A stretch of 64,000 nt of DNA from Hyalangium minutum (GCF_000737315.1 NZ_JMCB01000003.1:1054001-1118000); one strand, 5' to 3'. Positions 22,575 to 32,832 are shown, counted from the first letter of the stretch. Numbers and translations are program-made. The notes: generated by a model from the letters alone, not told the origin.

Positions 22575-24527
22575 ATGCGTCGACAATCCCTGCTCTCACC
22601 TGTGCTGGGTCTTGTCTTCTTTGCGGGCTGTTCTTCCACATCCTTGTCCCCAGAAACAGAGCCTGTCTTCACGACGATTGCGGACTCCGACGTCGCTGCG
22701 ACGCTCCCGGACAGTGCCTGGGCCACCTCGCCCGGAACCCGCCGCATCATCTATGTCAGCAAGCAGTGTGGCATCCGCCCTTGCACGGACAGTGAGACAT
22801 GCGGCACCTCGTGGGCCACGGCCTGCCGCACGCTGCACAAGGGACTCCACAAGCTGATGGCGGAGCCAGGCAATCCGAATCTTCCGGGAGCCGATGAGCT
22901 CTGGGTGAGTGGCGCGGCGGAGCCCTACTATGCCAACCACAGCTTCTACTGGGACCAGTATGGCTCCGGTACAGCGGAGCACCCCAAGGTGATCCGCGGG
23001 ATTCGCAGCGAGAGCGGCCGCCTGCCCCGGATCGTCGTCTCGCCAGATGATGTCCCCTACGTCTCCCTGTCCGGCTACACGAGCGGGCGCGACCCGGTGA
23101 CCCAGCAAGCCCAGCCAGCTGCCTTCACCTTCAGCGGGAGCGAGTATTGGATCCTCGAGGGACTGATCATCGACTGCAACAACATCCCCGTCTCGAACAC
23201 CCGCTATGTCGGCGTCTATGCGGTGGGCAATCCCAGTGTCCGTGCCAACCATCTGGTATTCAAGCAGCTTGACATTACACGCTGTGCGAACAGCGCGGTC
23301 CAAATCTCCAGCAGCGATGACATTGTCGTCGAGGGCGGATACTTCAGGAGCAACCAGAGAAAAGAATTCGACTCACAGTCCGGCAAGTGGCTCCGGGCCG
23401 ACTCCAATGGCGTGAGCATCTACGGGAGCACGCGCCGGGTCCTCATTCGCGGCAACACGGCCTATGGCAACACCGGTGACGGCGTCCAGTGCCAGGGACG
23501 GCTCACCCAGACGGCCACCAACGACGACGACCCCCAGCACATCACCATCGAGGGCAACCTCTTCTACGGCAACGACGAGAATGCCGTCGACATCAAGACG
23601 TGCCACCACGTCAGCGTCAAAGGAGCCAATCACTTCCTCGAATATCTGCCCGCCGACACCAACGGGGACGATCCCAACAATACAACCCAGTGCGGCGGGG
23701 CCGCCGTCATCGTTCACGAAGGCGCCACGCACATCCTGGTCGAGGACGCCCTCATCGAAAACGCGGGAGACGGGATCACCATCGGTAATGAGCGGTGGGA
23801 GGTCACGGATGTCATCATCCGGCGCAACCATATCCGCAACATCAATCAGAACTCCGCGATCATGGAGTCCACGGGCACCATCTTCTACAACTGCGGAGAT
23901 GGGATTGGGGTCAACCGCGGTGACCGCATCGAGGTGTACCACAACACGCTCCAGAACATCGAGCGCTCGGGCATCCGGGTAGGCGTGAACAGCGGGTATG
24001 TCGGCGCGAAGAACGTGCGGGTGTGGAACAACATCATCTTCAACGCCAAGGGGAATGCGTACTATCTCAAGAACAGCAATCCGCCCAGGCGATCGGCCGA
24101 GGTAGGCGGAGCGCTCGAATACCGCATGGACAATGCGCCGGGGCTCTACAGCCAGGCCAACCTGCTCTACCGCACGGGAGCACCGGTCTCCCTGATCAAA
24201 GTCTGGCTGAACAGCGATGGCTCTCGTTCCTGGCAGCCGATGAGTCTCTCGCAGTGGCAGGCGCAGACGCCCACCTCCGCCGAGGCCCAGGGCAACCTGG
24301 ACAATCCGGCCACAAGCTCGCTGCCGGGTACCCAAGAGGCGGATCCGCTCTTCCCGGAGGAGGGCGCCTATACCCTCCCAGGCTCTCCGGCCCGGGACAC
24401 CGCCCTCATGGGCAGCGGCAATGAGGGCCCCCACCAGCGCTGCAACGGAGCTCCGGACAAGGGCGCCTTCGAGAGCGACTGTGGGGCCGATAAATCGGAA
24501 CGCCGAGAGCGAGCCTCCCACCCCTGA
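22575..24527 (+). CDS. Lipoprotein with right-handed parallel beta-helix (pectate-lyase-like fold)
   Basis: MRRQSLLSPVLGLVFFAGC lipobox; repeated I.GN..YGN, DGVQ, ENAVDIK, IRRNHIRN, VYHNT, VWNNI; ends in PDKGAFE. Confidence 0.8.
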   Translation: MRRQSLLSPVLGLVFFAGCSSTSLSPETEPVFTTIADSDVAATLPDSAWATSPGTRRIIYVSKQCGIRPCTDSETCGTSWATACRTLHKGLHKLMAEPGNPNLPGADELWVSGAAEPYYANHSFYWDQYGSGTAEHPKVIRGIRSESGRLPRIVVSPDDVPYVSLSGYTSGRDPVTQQAQPAAFTFSGSEYWILEGLIIDCNNIPVSNTRYVGVYAVGNPSVRANHLVFKQLDITRCANSAVQISSSDDIVVEGGYFRSNQRKEFDSQSGKWLRADSNGVSIYGSTRRVLIRGNTAYGNTGDGVQCQGRLTQTATNDDDPQHITIEGNLFYGNDENAVDIKTCHHVSVKGANHFLEYLPADTNGDDPNNTTQCGGAAVIVHEGATHILVEDALIENAGDGITIGNERWEVTDVIIRRNHIRNINQNSAIMESTGTIFYNCGDGIGVNRGDRIEVYHNTLQNIERSGIRVGVNSGYVGAKNVRVWNNIIFNAKGNAYYLKNSNPPRRSAEVGGALEYRMDNAPGLYSQANLLYRTGAPVSLIKVWLNSDGSRSWQPMSLSQWQAQTPTSAEAQGNLDNPATSSLPGTQEADPLFPEEGAYTLPGSPARDTALMGSGNEGPHQRCNGAPDKGAFESDCGADKSERRERASHP

Positions 24528-24569
24528 GAAAAGTGGGACCTTCGCCTTTCAAGCGCCGCAGGTTCTCCC

Positions 24570-24907
24570 TCAGTAGAACCAGTAGCCCTCGGTCACCACC
24601 CAGAAGCGAAATGTTGTAGCTCGACACCGAGGCGAACATCCAGCCGCTCGAGTTCGATGCAGCCGCCGACGCGTTGCACATGGAGCCCGCGCACGTGACG
24701 TGGAGGGAGATCCTCAAGATCCCGCTGGCGATCGACTTCGGGAACGACACGCAGTTCAGAATCTTCGATCCCCAGATATTGGCCCAACCGAACTGCTCGA
24801 TCCCGAACTCAACGTTGGAGTCGTAGGGATCCGCAGGGCAGCTCGGATGGTATGCGGAGTCAAGCTTGCCCACTGCGATGCCGATGCCCCCGCCAGGCGC
24901 GTAGCCG
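24570..24907 (-). pseudogene. 3' remnant of an unknown gene with an apparent frameshift near its end
   Basis: Coding-like stretch GYAPGGGIGIAVGKLDSAYHPSCPADPY...FASVSSYN; the adjacent frame gives FRFWVVTEGYWFY-stop; no credible start. Confidence 0.35.
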
Positions 24908-24910
24908 GCG

Positions 24911-25093
24911 GTGTTGCTGGCGGGCCTCAACCTCTGGGGCACCCAACTGGCCGTGCTGCCCGCCTGCGACACGGGGCGCGGCGACATCAAGCTCGGTCAG
25001 GGGGTCCGTGCCACCAAGCCCCATCCCCACTATTGGGCACCCTTCATCGCGCTGGGCCGGGCCCCCCCTGCGCTCGCTTCTCCCGCCGTCTAG
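24911..25093 (+). pseudogene. CHAT (caspase-like) domain C-terminal remnant with internal deletion
   Basis: LAGLNLWGTQLAVLPACDTGRGDIKLGQGV joined directly to RATKPHPHYWAPFIALG; the intervening YGLRRA...SLW.V.D segment typical of CHAT domains is absent. Confidence 0.75.
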
Positions 25094-25566
25094 GCCGGCT
25101 GTGCTGGCCGCAGGCGCTGGATGACCTCGAGCGCTTCGGTGACGTGCTTCCTGGCGTTGAACTGGGAGTTGAAGACGTGCCGGACCGTACCGCCCTGGTC
25201 GATGACGTACGTCACCCGTCCCGGCAGCAATCCCAAGGTGCTGGGGACCCCGTACTCCTTGCGGACCTTGCCACCCTCGTCGCTCACCAGGATGAACGGC
25301 AGCCGGTGCTTCGACGCGAATGCCTCATGCGAGGCCGTCGACTGGGAGCTGATACCGATGACCTCGGCACCGGCCTCCTTGAAGGACTCGTACGAGTCCC
25401 GGAAGGAGCACGCCTCCTGGGTGCAACCCGGTGTGTCGTCCTTGGGGTAGAAGTAGAGGACCACCCACGACTTCTGGAGCAGTTCCTTCAGGCGGACAGC
25501 GGTACCGTCCTGCCGTGGCAGGGTGAAGTCGGGGGCCTGCTCTCCAGTCTTGATGCTCATGGTCAA
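25090..25566 (-). CDS. bcp: Peroxiredoxin, BCP/PrxQ family
   Basis: YFYPKDDTPGCTQEACSFRD; GRVTYVID. Confidence 0.95.
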   Translation of the reverse strand: MTMSIKTGEQAPDFTLPRQDGTAVRLKELLQKSWVVLYFYPKDDTPGCTQEACSFRDSYESFKEAGAEVIGISSQSTASHEAFASKHRLPFILVSDEGGKVRKEYGVPSTLGLLPGRVTYVIDQGGTVRHVFNSQFNARKHVTEALEVIQRLRPAQPA

Positions 25567-25714
25567 GGGCCTATCAGTGCGGGTGGGGACCCTGCGCTAG
25601 CGGCAGGGTCCGCACCCCAGCATACAGTCCGTACACAGAGAAGGGACAGGGGCACTGTTGGGTGCCCTCTGTCTGCTCAGAGCAAGGCGGGCGCCTGGTG
25701 TCTCTCAGCCCTCT

Positions 25715-26728
25715 CTAATAGGAGCGGTACTCATACACGTCCAGGACGTAGGAAGTGCCGTTGCGGCACTGAACGATGTACTTGCCGGTTCCGCCCCGAT
25801 CCACAGAGAGCCGCTCGACCCAGACCTGACCGGCAACGAGCGCTGGAACGGAGATGGTTCCACCCGTCGGCTGAGTAGGCCCAAACACAGCACCCTCGTG
25901 GCTATACCCCGTCGCGGATTGCGCGGGACAATTCGTGCCCAAGGATGACGCACCGATAGGGCCCTGCGGACCGATGGGCCCCTGCAGACCCTGGGGACCC
26001 TGCGGACCAACAGGACCCGTGGCCCCCTGGGGACCCTGCGGACCGGTGAGCCCCTGGGGACCCTCCGGACCCTGCGGACCAACAGGACCCGTGGCCCCCT
26101 GGGAACCGGGAAGCCCCTGCGAACCCGTAGCCCCTGTGGCCCCCACGGGACCAGGCTCTCCTCGAGGACCGGCGGGCCCCTGCGGCCCCGTGGCCCCCGT
26201 GGCACCTACGAGACCGGGCTCCCCCTGAGGACCGGCAGGACCTGTGTCTCCAGTCAGCCCCCGGGCACCCCGGGCTCCGGCAGGCCCCACAGGACCGGCA
26301 GGCCCCGCAGGACCGGCAGGCCCCGCAGGACCGGCAGGCCCCGCAGGACCGGCAGGGCCCGCCTCACCCCGGGGGCCTTGCTGGCCTACCGTGACGCCCA
26401 AGGCGGAGTTGTCCTCCGGGTTGGGGCCGCGAGAAACACTGACGAGATAAGTTCCCGGATTGTTGAGCAAGCCAAACGGAATGGAGAGCGAAAGTGTCGT
26501 ATTGGAATACGACACGACCGTGACGGGCATCCCTGCAAAAGCAACGGAAGGGGCCGTAGTGCCGAAGCCATCCCCGTAAACAAAGAGCCGTCCCGTGGAT
26601 GCTTCGGGATACGCGGAGGTGACCAGCAGGCGGGCCGCTTGCGCCGCACTGACTCCTGGCGCGAGAGCCAAAACTGCGGCAACGAGGGATACATACATCG
26701 GGCGATGCAAACCGTGACGCAATGACAT
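25715..26728 (-). CDS. Secreted collagen-like protein with N-terminal IPT/TIG-like domain
   Basis: Signal peptide; V.G.GFG...PSV.F.G...V.SYS.T.L (IPT); about 49 uninterrupted Gly-X-Y triplets. Confidence 0.9.
   Translation of the reverse strand: MSLRHGLHRPMYVSLVAAVLALAPGVSAAQAARLLVTSAYPEASTGRLFVYGDGFGTTAPSVAFAGMPVTVVSYSNTTLSLSIPFGLLNNPGTYLVSVSRGPNPEDNSALGVTVGQQGPRGEAGPAGPAGPAGPAGPAGPAGPAGPVGPAGARGARGLTGDTGPAGPQGEPGLVGATGATGPQGPAGPRGEPGPVGATGATGSQGLPGSQGATGPVGPQGPEGPQGLTGPQGPQGATGPVGPQGPQGLQGPIGPQGPIGASSLGTNCPAQSATGYSHEGAVFGPTQPTGGTISVPALVAGQVWVERLSVDRGGTGKYIVQCRNGTSYVLDVYEYRSY
26283..26354. repeat. 18-bp tandem repeat (4 copies) within collagen gene
   Basis: GGCCCC(A/G)CAGGACCGGCA x4, encoding GPA-GPA. 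Confidence 0.85.
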
Positions 26729-26925
26729 GAGCCCTCAGCTAGAAACACTGCAAGTGAAGTTGCGAGGAAATGACACTCTCCCAGGGCCTATGCAACCGAA
26801 ATTAATGCTGCTGCATGTTCCACTGGCAGTGAATCATTCGAGCCGTTCCAGAGCAGTTTCAGGTGCCGCACCACCGCCGTGAGTCTGCTCACCTCAAGGA
26901 AAATGATTCATGAAATCGGCTGGAC

Positions 26926-28806
26926 TCAGTCCAGCGTCATGTACTCCGGGTTGGACACGGAGCGGGTGATCAGCGCCGACGGCCCTCCACTGTTCACGCA
27001 GTACCCCGTGGGATTGTCGCAGCCCGCCTCAGGATTGCCCCAGGCGCTGGTGATGTTCATCCACGTCAGGCTTCCGGTGTAACTCCCTTGCGGCTGCGAG
27101 GGGATCGTCACCACGTTGTTCCAGGTGTCCCACGCCAGCCCGGCGCTCGTATCATCCGCCAGGAAGTCTCCGTTGAAGATCGTCTCATAGATGTGCCGGG
27201 CCGCGTCGGGGTACAGTCCATGGGAGCCCAGGGCCGAGAAGATCTCCGGGTGCCAGCCCGTGAAAGCCAACTGCTTGTCCCCGTAGGTGAAGGTGCCGCC
27301 CCACGCATGCTGGCTCAGGTAGACCTGCGCTGGGCGCCCGTCGACGAAGCGCACCGTCATGTGCTCCCAGTCCCCCACGTGGTTGCCAAACGTGGAGTAG
27401 CCTCCCGCGCAGCCCCACGGTGAATACCACCCGATGCACACCCGCTTGCCGTTGTTGTACGGGTAGAAGGTCCAGTAGAGCACGTCCGTGATGTTCGTGG
27501 GCTGGCCGCCCTGGGTGCGGCGGATGACCTGGGCGTAGACGGGCACGGACGTCTGATCCGGCCGCTGGCCATCCAGGAACTGCGGATCCGTGCAGGAGTC
27601 GCAACCCAGCGCCTGGTTCGTCACCAAGTGCCCGTTCTCCTCATGCACGTTGGGCAGGAAGAACTCCGTGGAGGAGGGCCAGTAGTACTCCCCAGCGGCC
27701 AGCCACACGCGAGGCGCGAAGGCCGCGATCGTGAAGCCATCCACGGGCACGCCCCTCAGCTCCTCGTTGTCGGTGGCGCTCTTGTTGATGACCTGGTGAC
27801 GGCTGCCCCCATTGTCCCCATAGCTCGGCCGGCCCACGAAGGTGTTGGGCGCCAGGCCCCGGTGATCCCGCGCGACCGTCTGCCAGAGCCCCAGATCGTT
27901 CTTCGCACCCGATCCGCTGTCATCCCAGACCCAGACAGGATTGCCCGGCAGCACGTACGCGCTCTTCACGCAGCGGATCAGGTCCGTCGAGGGCTTGCCG
28001 TAGCCCTGCACCGTCACGGTGCCGAGGCAGGTGTAGCCCGCGGGAGCCACTGGCTCCCAGAAGGAGACGTCGTGCGTCCCGCCGGAGCCACTGTCGTTCC
28101 AGATCCAGTTGTAGTCGACGGGCCTTGCCAGCACATCCCCCTCGCCGCGCACCACGAAAGTGTTCACCGGCGCCGGACCATGGCCGGACACAGCGACATC
28201 CCCCAACGAGAAGAAGCCCGGGTACTGCCCGAGATCCGGGCGCCAGATGGAGACGTCGTCATCCGCTCCCGTGCCGCTGTCATCGTAGAGCCAGAAGAGC
28301 CGGCTCGCGTGCCGGACCTCGAGCCGCTGCGGGTACCGGAGGGGGGCCTTGTCCGAGCTCAGGGAGAACTCCGCGCTCTGTCCAGCCGTCGCGGTCGCCG
28401 CGACCACCCGATAGGTCCCCGGCGCCAACGGGGCGGAGATCTGCGCGTGGGTGCCTCCTCCCGAGTTGTTGTCCTGGGTGATCAGGTTGCCATTCCCATC
28501 GAGCAGATAGAGGTAGGCATCCGCCGTGGAGGTCAGCTTGAAGGTGACGGTGGCCGTCGCGCCCTCGTGGGTCACCAGGAACAGGCGGTTGCTGGGGCTC
28601 GAGGGGTTCTGGCCGCCAGAGCCCTGCCAATGGCCATAGACCGTGTTGCCATTGAAGCCGGGGTTGCGCAGCGCCTGGCGCGCCGAGCCCATCGTCTGGC
28701 CGTCACCCACGGCCTCGCCGGGCTCATCGGTAGGACCACAGCCCGTGACGGACAGGGAGGTCAGCGCAAGTGCTGCGCAGAGAGAACCCAACTGCTTGAT
28801 CACCAT
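26926..28806 (-). CDS. Lipoprotein with PPC-like domain and Vps62/DUF946-related domains
   Basis: LSVTGC lipobox; DAYLYLLD..GN.I.QD (PPC-like); W..DSG.G...DVS.W.P repeats, GYTCLG; FAPRVWL, LYWTFYPYN, NHVGDWEH, ALGSHGLY. Confidence 0.8.
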   Translation of the reverse strand: MVIKQLGSLCAALALTSLSVTGCGPTDEPGEAVGDGQTMGSARQALRNPGFNGNTVYGHWQGSGGQNPSSPSNRLFLVTHEGATATVTFKLTSTADAYLYLLDGNGNLITQDNNSGGGTHAQISAPLAPGTYRVVAATATAGQSAEFSLSSDKAPLRYPQRLEVRHASRLFWLYDDSGTGADDDVSIWRPDLGQYPGFFSLGDVAVSGHGPAPVNTFVVRGEGDVLARPVDYNWIWNDSGSGGTHDVSFWEPVAPAGYTCLGTVTVQGYGKPSTDLIRCVKSAYVLPGNPVWVWDDSGSGAKNDLGLWQTVARDHRGLAPNTFVGRPSYGDNGGSRHQVINKSATDNEELRGVPVDGFTIAAFAPRVWLAAGEYYWPSSTEFFLPNVHEENGHLVTNQALGCDSCTDPQFLDGQRPDQTSVPVYAQVIRRTQGGQPTNITDVLYWTFYPYNNGKRVCIGWYSPWGCAGGYSTFGNHVGDWEHMTVRFVDGRPAQVYLSQHAWGGTFTYGDKQLAFTGWHPEIFSALGSHGLYPDAARHIYETIFNGDFLADDTSAGLAWDTWNNVVTIPSQPQGSYTGSLTWMNITSAWGNPEAGCDNPTGYCVNSGGPSALITRSVSNPEYMTLD

Positions 28807-29032
28807 AGAGGCTCCTGGGAGGCGTGAAGCGAGGGCTTGTTCGGGCACGGCACTCTTCAGCCCCATATCAGAATCGGCTCTTACACGTTATCAAGGTTTT
28901 GCTGGTTGACTTGGCTTACTGCGCCACACCTCGCTGGACCCTCTGGCCGGCCGCCACCTCGACGTGCTGCCCTTCAGTGGCTCCGGGCCTTCCCGCTGCC
29001 TCAGGAGCCGCTCCCTGATAATTTCCGGTGCC

Positions 29033-31282
29033 ATGTCTGCCTCCCGTCCCTCCGCCACACGGGAAGCGAGTCCCGGAAGCCGCGACGCCCACGCGCTCGA
29101 GCGCCCTCCCCTCTCCTTGGAGGGAAGCCTCGAGCGCGTCACCTTTGCCAACGAGGAGGCCGCCTGGAGCGTGGTGAGGGTGGTGCTCCCCGGACGCAAG
29201 GAACCCATCACCGCGGTGGGCAACCTCCTGGGCGTCCAGCCCGGGGAGTCCCTGCGCCTCACCGGCCACTGGGTGCACGACCGCAAGTACGGCGAGCAGT
29301 TCCGGGTCATCTCCTTCGCCACGGTGAAGCCGGCGACGCTGGTGGGCATCGAGAAGTACCTCGGCAGCGGCTTGGTGAAGGGCGTGGGCCCAGCCATGGC
29401 CAAGCGCCTCGTGGCGCACTTCGGCCTGGAGACGCTGGACATCATCGACTCGAAGCCCGAGCGCCTGGCCGAGGTGAAAGGTTTCGGAGAAAAGCGCCGC
29501 AAGCTCCTGCGCGAAACCTGGGCCGAGCAGCGGGACATCCGCCAGGTGATGGTCTTCCTGCAATCTCACGAGGTGCCGGCCAGCTTCGCGGTGAAGGTCT
29601 ACAAGCAGTACGGTGCCCGCTCGATTGACGTCGTGCGCGACAATCCCTACCGGCTGGCCATCGACGTGTACGGCATCGGCTTTCTCACCGCCGACCGCAT
29701 CGCCCGTTCCCTCGGCGTGCCCTCCGACTCGCCCAAGCGCGCCGAGGCGGGGGTGCTGCACGTGCTGCGCGAGTTCTCCGAGGACGGCCACCTCTACGCA
29801 CCGCGCGACAAGCTCACCGCGCGCACGGTGGAACTGCTGGCGGTACCCCCTTCGCTCGTGGAGGCCGCCATCACCCGGCTGGACGCCGCCGAGTACATCG
29901 CCGTGGAGGGAGCCAGTGCCCTGGCCCACCCCCGCCCCGAGGATGCCTGCGAGGCGGTGTACCTGAAGGCCCTCCACGTCTCGGAGATCGGCGTCGCGAA
30001 CCTCCTCAAGGCGCTGTGCGCCTGGCCCTCGCGGCCCCTGGAGGTGGACGTGGAGCGGGCCATCACCTGGGCCGAGAGCCGCCAGGGCCTCTCGCTGGCT
30101 CCCGAGCAGAAGGAGGCGGTGCGGCAGGCCATGGTGTCCAAGGTGCTGGTCATCACCGGCGGCCCGGGCACCGGGAAGACGACGCTGGTCAACGTCATCC
30201 TCTCCATCCTGGAGAAGAAGGAGCGAAGAATCCTGCTGTCGGCGCCCACTGGGCGCGCGGCCAAACGGCTGGGGGAGACGACGGGGCGAGCGGCGGAGAC
30301 CATCCACCGGCTGCTCGAGTACAACCCGCGCACCCACAGCTTCCAGCGCGATCGGCACCTCCCGCTCGAGGCCGACGTGCTGGTGCTCGACGAGGTGTCC
30401 ATGGTGGACACCGTGCTCATGCTCAACGTGCTCAAGGCGCTGCCGCCCCACTGCCAGTTGCTGCTCGTGGGAGATGTGGATCAGTTGCCGAGCGTGGGGC
30501 CGGGCAGCGTCCTCCAGGACATCATCGCCTCCGGGCACGTGCCGGTGGTGCGGCTGAAGCACATCTTCCGCCAGGCCCAGGAAAGCCTCATCATCACCAA
30601 TGCCCACCGCATCAACCAGGGGGAGCTGCCCCAGGTGCCCCCCGCGGACGCGCTGGCCGACTTCTACTTCATCGAGAAGGAGGAGCCCGAGGCGATCCTC
30701 GCGGCCCTCAAGACGCTGGTGAAGGAGCGCATTCCGCGCCGCTTCGGGCTGCACCCGGTGGACGAGGTGCAGGTGCTGGTGCCGATGAACCGGGGCCTCA
30801 TCGGCACCGCGAGCCTCAACGCCGCGCTCCAGGAGCACCTGAACCCTTCGGGCGAGGAGCTCGCCCGGGGCAGCCGGACGTTCCGCGTGGGCGACAAGGT
30901 GATGCAGGTGCGCAACAACTACGAGCTCGGCGTCTTCAACGGAGACATCGGGCGGGTGGAGGTTATCGACAAGGAGGAGCAGTCGCTGGTGGTGCGTTAC
31001 GACGGGCGGCATGTGGCCTACGCTTGGTCGGACCTGGACGAGCTGGTGCTCGCCTACGCCACGAGCGTGCACAAGTCGCAAGGCAGCGAGTACCCGTGCG
31101 TGGTGCTGCCCCTGCATACCCAGCACTTCACGCTGCTACAGCGCAACCTGCTCTACACCGGGGTGACGCGAGGCCGGAAGCTGGTGGTGCTGGTGGGAAG
31201 CAAGAAGGCACTGGGGATCGCGGTACGCAACGGGGAAACGCAGAAGCGTTTCACGAGACTGGCCTCCCGGCTGCGAGACTGA
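29033..31282 (+). CDS. recD2: ATP-dependent RecD-like DNA helicase
   Basis: N-terminal OB/HhH (IEKYLGSGLVKGVGP), GGPGTGKTT, VLDEVSMV, GDVDQLPSVG, GDKVMQ, LAYATSVHKSQGSEY, RNLLYTGVTR. Confidence 0.96.
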   Translation: MSASRPSATREASPGSRDAHALERPPLSLEGSLERVTFANEEAAWSVVRVVLPGRKEPITAVGNLLGVQPGESLRLTGHWVHDRKYGEQFRVISFATVKPATLVGIEKYLGSGLVKGVGPAMAKRLVAHFGLETLDIIDSKPERLAEVKGFGEKRRKLLRETWAEQRDIRQVMVFLQSHEVPASFAVKVYKQYGARSIDVVRDNPYRLAIDVYGIGFLTADRIARSLGVPSDSPKRAEAGVLHVLREFSEDGHLYAPRDKLTARTVELLAVPPSLVEAAITRLDAAEYIAVEGASALAHPRPEDACEAVYLKALHVSEIGVANLLKALCAWPSRPLEVDVERAITWAESRQGLSLAPEQKEAVRQAMVSKVLVITGGPGTGKTTLVNVILSILEKKERRILLSAPTGRAAKRLGETTGRAAETIHRLLEYNPRTHSFQRDRHLPLEADVLVLDEVSMVDTVLMLNVLKALPPHCQLLLVGDVDQLPSVGPGSVLQDIIASGHVPVVRLKHIFRQAQESLIITNAHRINQGELPQVPPADALADFYFIEKEEPEAILAALKTLVKERIPRRFGLHPVDEVQVLVPMNRGLIGTASLNAALQEHLNPSGEELARGSRTFRVGDKVMQVRNNYELGVFNGDIGRVEVIDKEEQSLVVRYDGRHVAYAWSDLDELVLAYATSVHKSQGSEYPCVVLPLHTQHFTLLQRNLLYTGVTRGRKLVVLVGSKKALGIAVRNGETQKRFTRLASRLRD

Positions 31283-31362
31283 AGCGGTCCTCCCAGGAGC
31301 GGTCCTCACTCCCGGGCGGAGGCACACTGCGCTAGAGTCCTCTGGTTCCCGGAGGGGTCGAC

Positions 31363-32103
31363 ATGATCACCTTGCTCGTGCAGTTGGACCAGTTGCTGCG
31401 GGGAGAGTCGACTCGCCTGGAGCTGCTTCGCCGCGGGTCCATCGATATCTCGCCCGGTGCCATTGCCCTCATGTCGCTCCCGCTGAGTTTCTTCTCCGGC
31501 ATCTGCATGGGGGTGTTCTCACTGACCGGGTCTGGCTCACTCGCGCCCATGCAGATCATTGCCAGCGCCCTGAAGATGCCGGCGCTCTTTTTCCTGACTC
31601 TCGTCGTCACGTTCCCTTCGCTCTACGTGTTCAACGCCCTGGTCGGCTCGAGGCTGGCGCTCTACTCGGTGCTGAAGCTCCTGGTCGCCGCCATCGGCAT
31701 CATGCTGACCGTGCTGGCTTCCCTGGGGCCCATCGTCGCATTCTTCGCCGTGACCACGACCAGCTACGCCTTCATGAAGCTGCTGAACGTGGCGGTGTTC
31801 ACCATCGCCGGGGTGATGGGGGGTGGTTTCCTGCTCCGCACGCTCCATCGCCTCAACCTCGCGAGCGACGACACGCCCCCTCCCGCGAGCCCCGGGGCGC
31901 CGCGCGCGCTCCCTGTCGAGCCCGGCGCCAACGTGCGCAACCTGTTCCGCATCTGGGTGGTGGTCTTCGCCCTCGTCGGCGCGCAGATGGCCTGGATCCT
32001 CCGCCCCTTCATCGGCGACCCCGAACAACCCTTCCAGTGGTTCCGTCCCGTCACTTCCAACTTCTTCGAAGCCGTGTGGCGGGCCTTCCAGAGCCTCTTC
32101 TAG
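31363..32103 (+). CDS. Polytopic membrane protein of unknown function (paralogue 1)
   Basis: About 5 TM segments; SALKMPALFFLT...PSLY and GAQMAWILRPFIG motifs. Confidence 0.8.
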   Translation: MITLLVQLDQLLRGESTRLELLRRGSIDISPGAIALMSLPLSFFSGICMGVFSLTGSGSLAPMQIIASALKMPALFFLTLVVTFPSLYVFNALVGSRLALYSVLKLLVAAIGIMLTVLASLGPIVAFFAVTTTSYAFMKLLNVAVFTIAGVMGGGFLLRTLHRLNLASDDTPPPASPGAPRALPVEPGANVRNLFRIWVVVFALVGAQMAWILRPFIGDPEQPFQWFRPVTSNFFEAVWRAFQSLF

Positions 32104-32118
32104 GTGTCAGGCGGTGGC

Positions 32119-32799
32119 ATGAGCGGGCTGCTCCTCCAAGCGGTCGACTTGCTGCGGACGGGAACGCCCTCCTCGCGGCATTCCGAGGCTCCCCGCGTTC
32201 GCCTGCTGCTGACGCTGATCGTCCTCTTCGGTGCGGGCTACGGCGCCGCCATGGGCAGCTACGGCGGCGAGGTGGGGCTCGGAGGCGCCCGGCCGCTGCA
32301 GATGCTCTACGCGTCCGTCAAGGTGCCGCTCCTCCTGCTGGCGACGTTCGGTCTGAGCCTGCCCAGCTACTTCGTCATCAACTCCCTGCTGGGCTTGCGT
32401 GAGGATCTCGGCGCCGCGGTGCGTGCCCTATTGGCCACGCAGGCCTGCCTCACCCTCGTCCTGTGCGCGCTCGCCCCGTTCACACTCTTCTGGTACGTGA
32501 GCTACCGGGGCTACGAGGAGGCCACGCTCTTCAACGCGCTGGCCTTCGCTGTGGCCAGTGGCTCGGGCCAGGTGCTGCTGAGACGGCTCTATCGGCCGCT
32601 GATCGCGCGTGACGTCAGGCACCGCGTACTGCTGCGGCTCTGGTTGATCATCTACGCCTTCGTCGGCATCCAGATGGGGTGGCTGCTCCGACCCTTCATC
32701 GGAATCCCCGGCACACCTACCCGCTTCCTACGGGAAGACACCTGGAGCAATGCCTATGTCTTCGTGGCCGGCAGGATCTGGGAGGTTCTCAACCGGTAG
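32119..32799 (+). CDS. Polytopic membrane protein of unknown function (paralogue 2)
   Basis: ASVKVPLLLLAT...PSYF and GIQMGWLLRPFIG motifs shared with the upstream gene. Confidence 0.8.
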   Translation: MSGLLLQAVDLLRTGTPSSRHSEAPRVRLLLTLIVLFGAGYGAAMGSYGGEVGLGGARPLQMLYASVKVPLLLLATFGLSLPSYFVINSLLGLREDLGAAVRALLATQACLTLVLCALAPFTLFWYVSYRGYEEATLFNALAFAVASGSGQVLLRRLYRPLIARDVRHRVLLRLWLIIYAFVGIQMGWLLRPFIGIPGTPTRFLREDTWSNAYVFVAGRIWEVLNR

Positions 32800-32832
32800 T
32801 TGGGACGTGCTACGGCATTGCCCTCGTAACAG

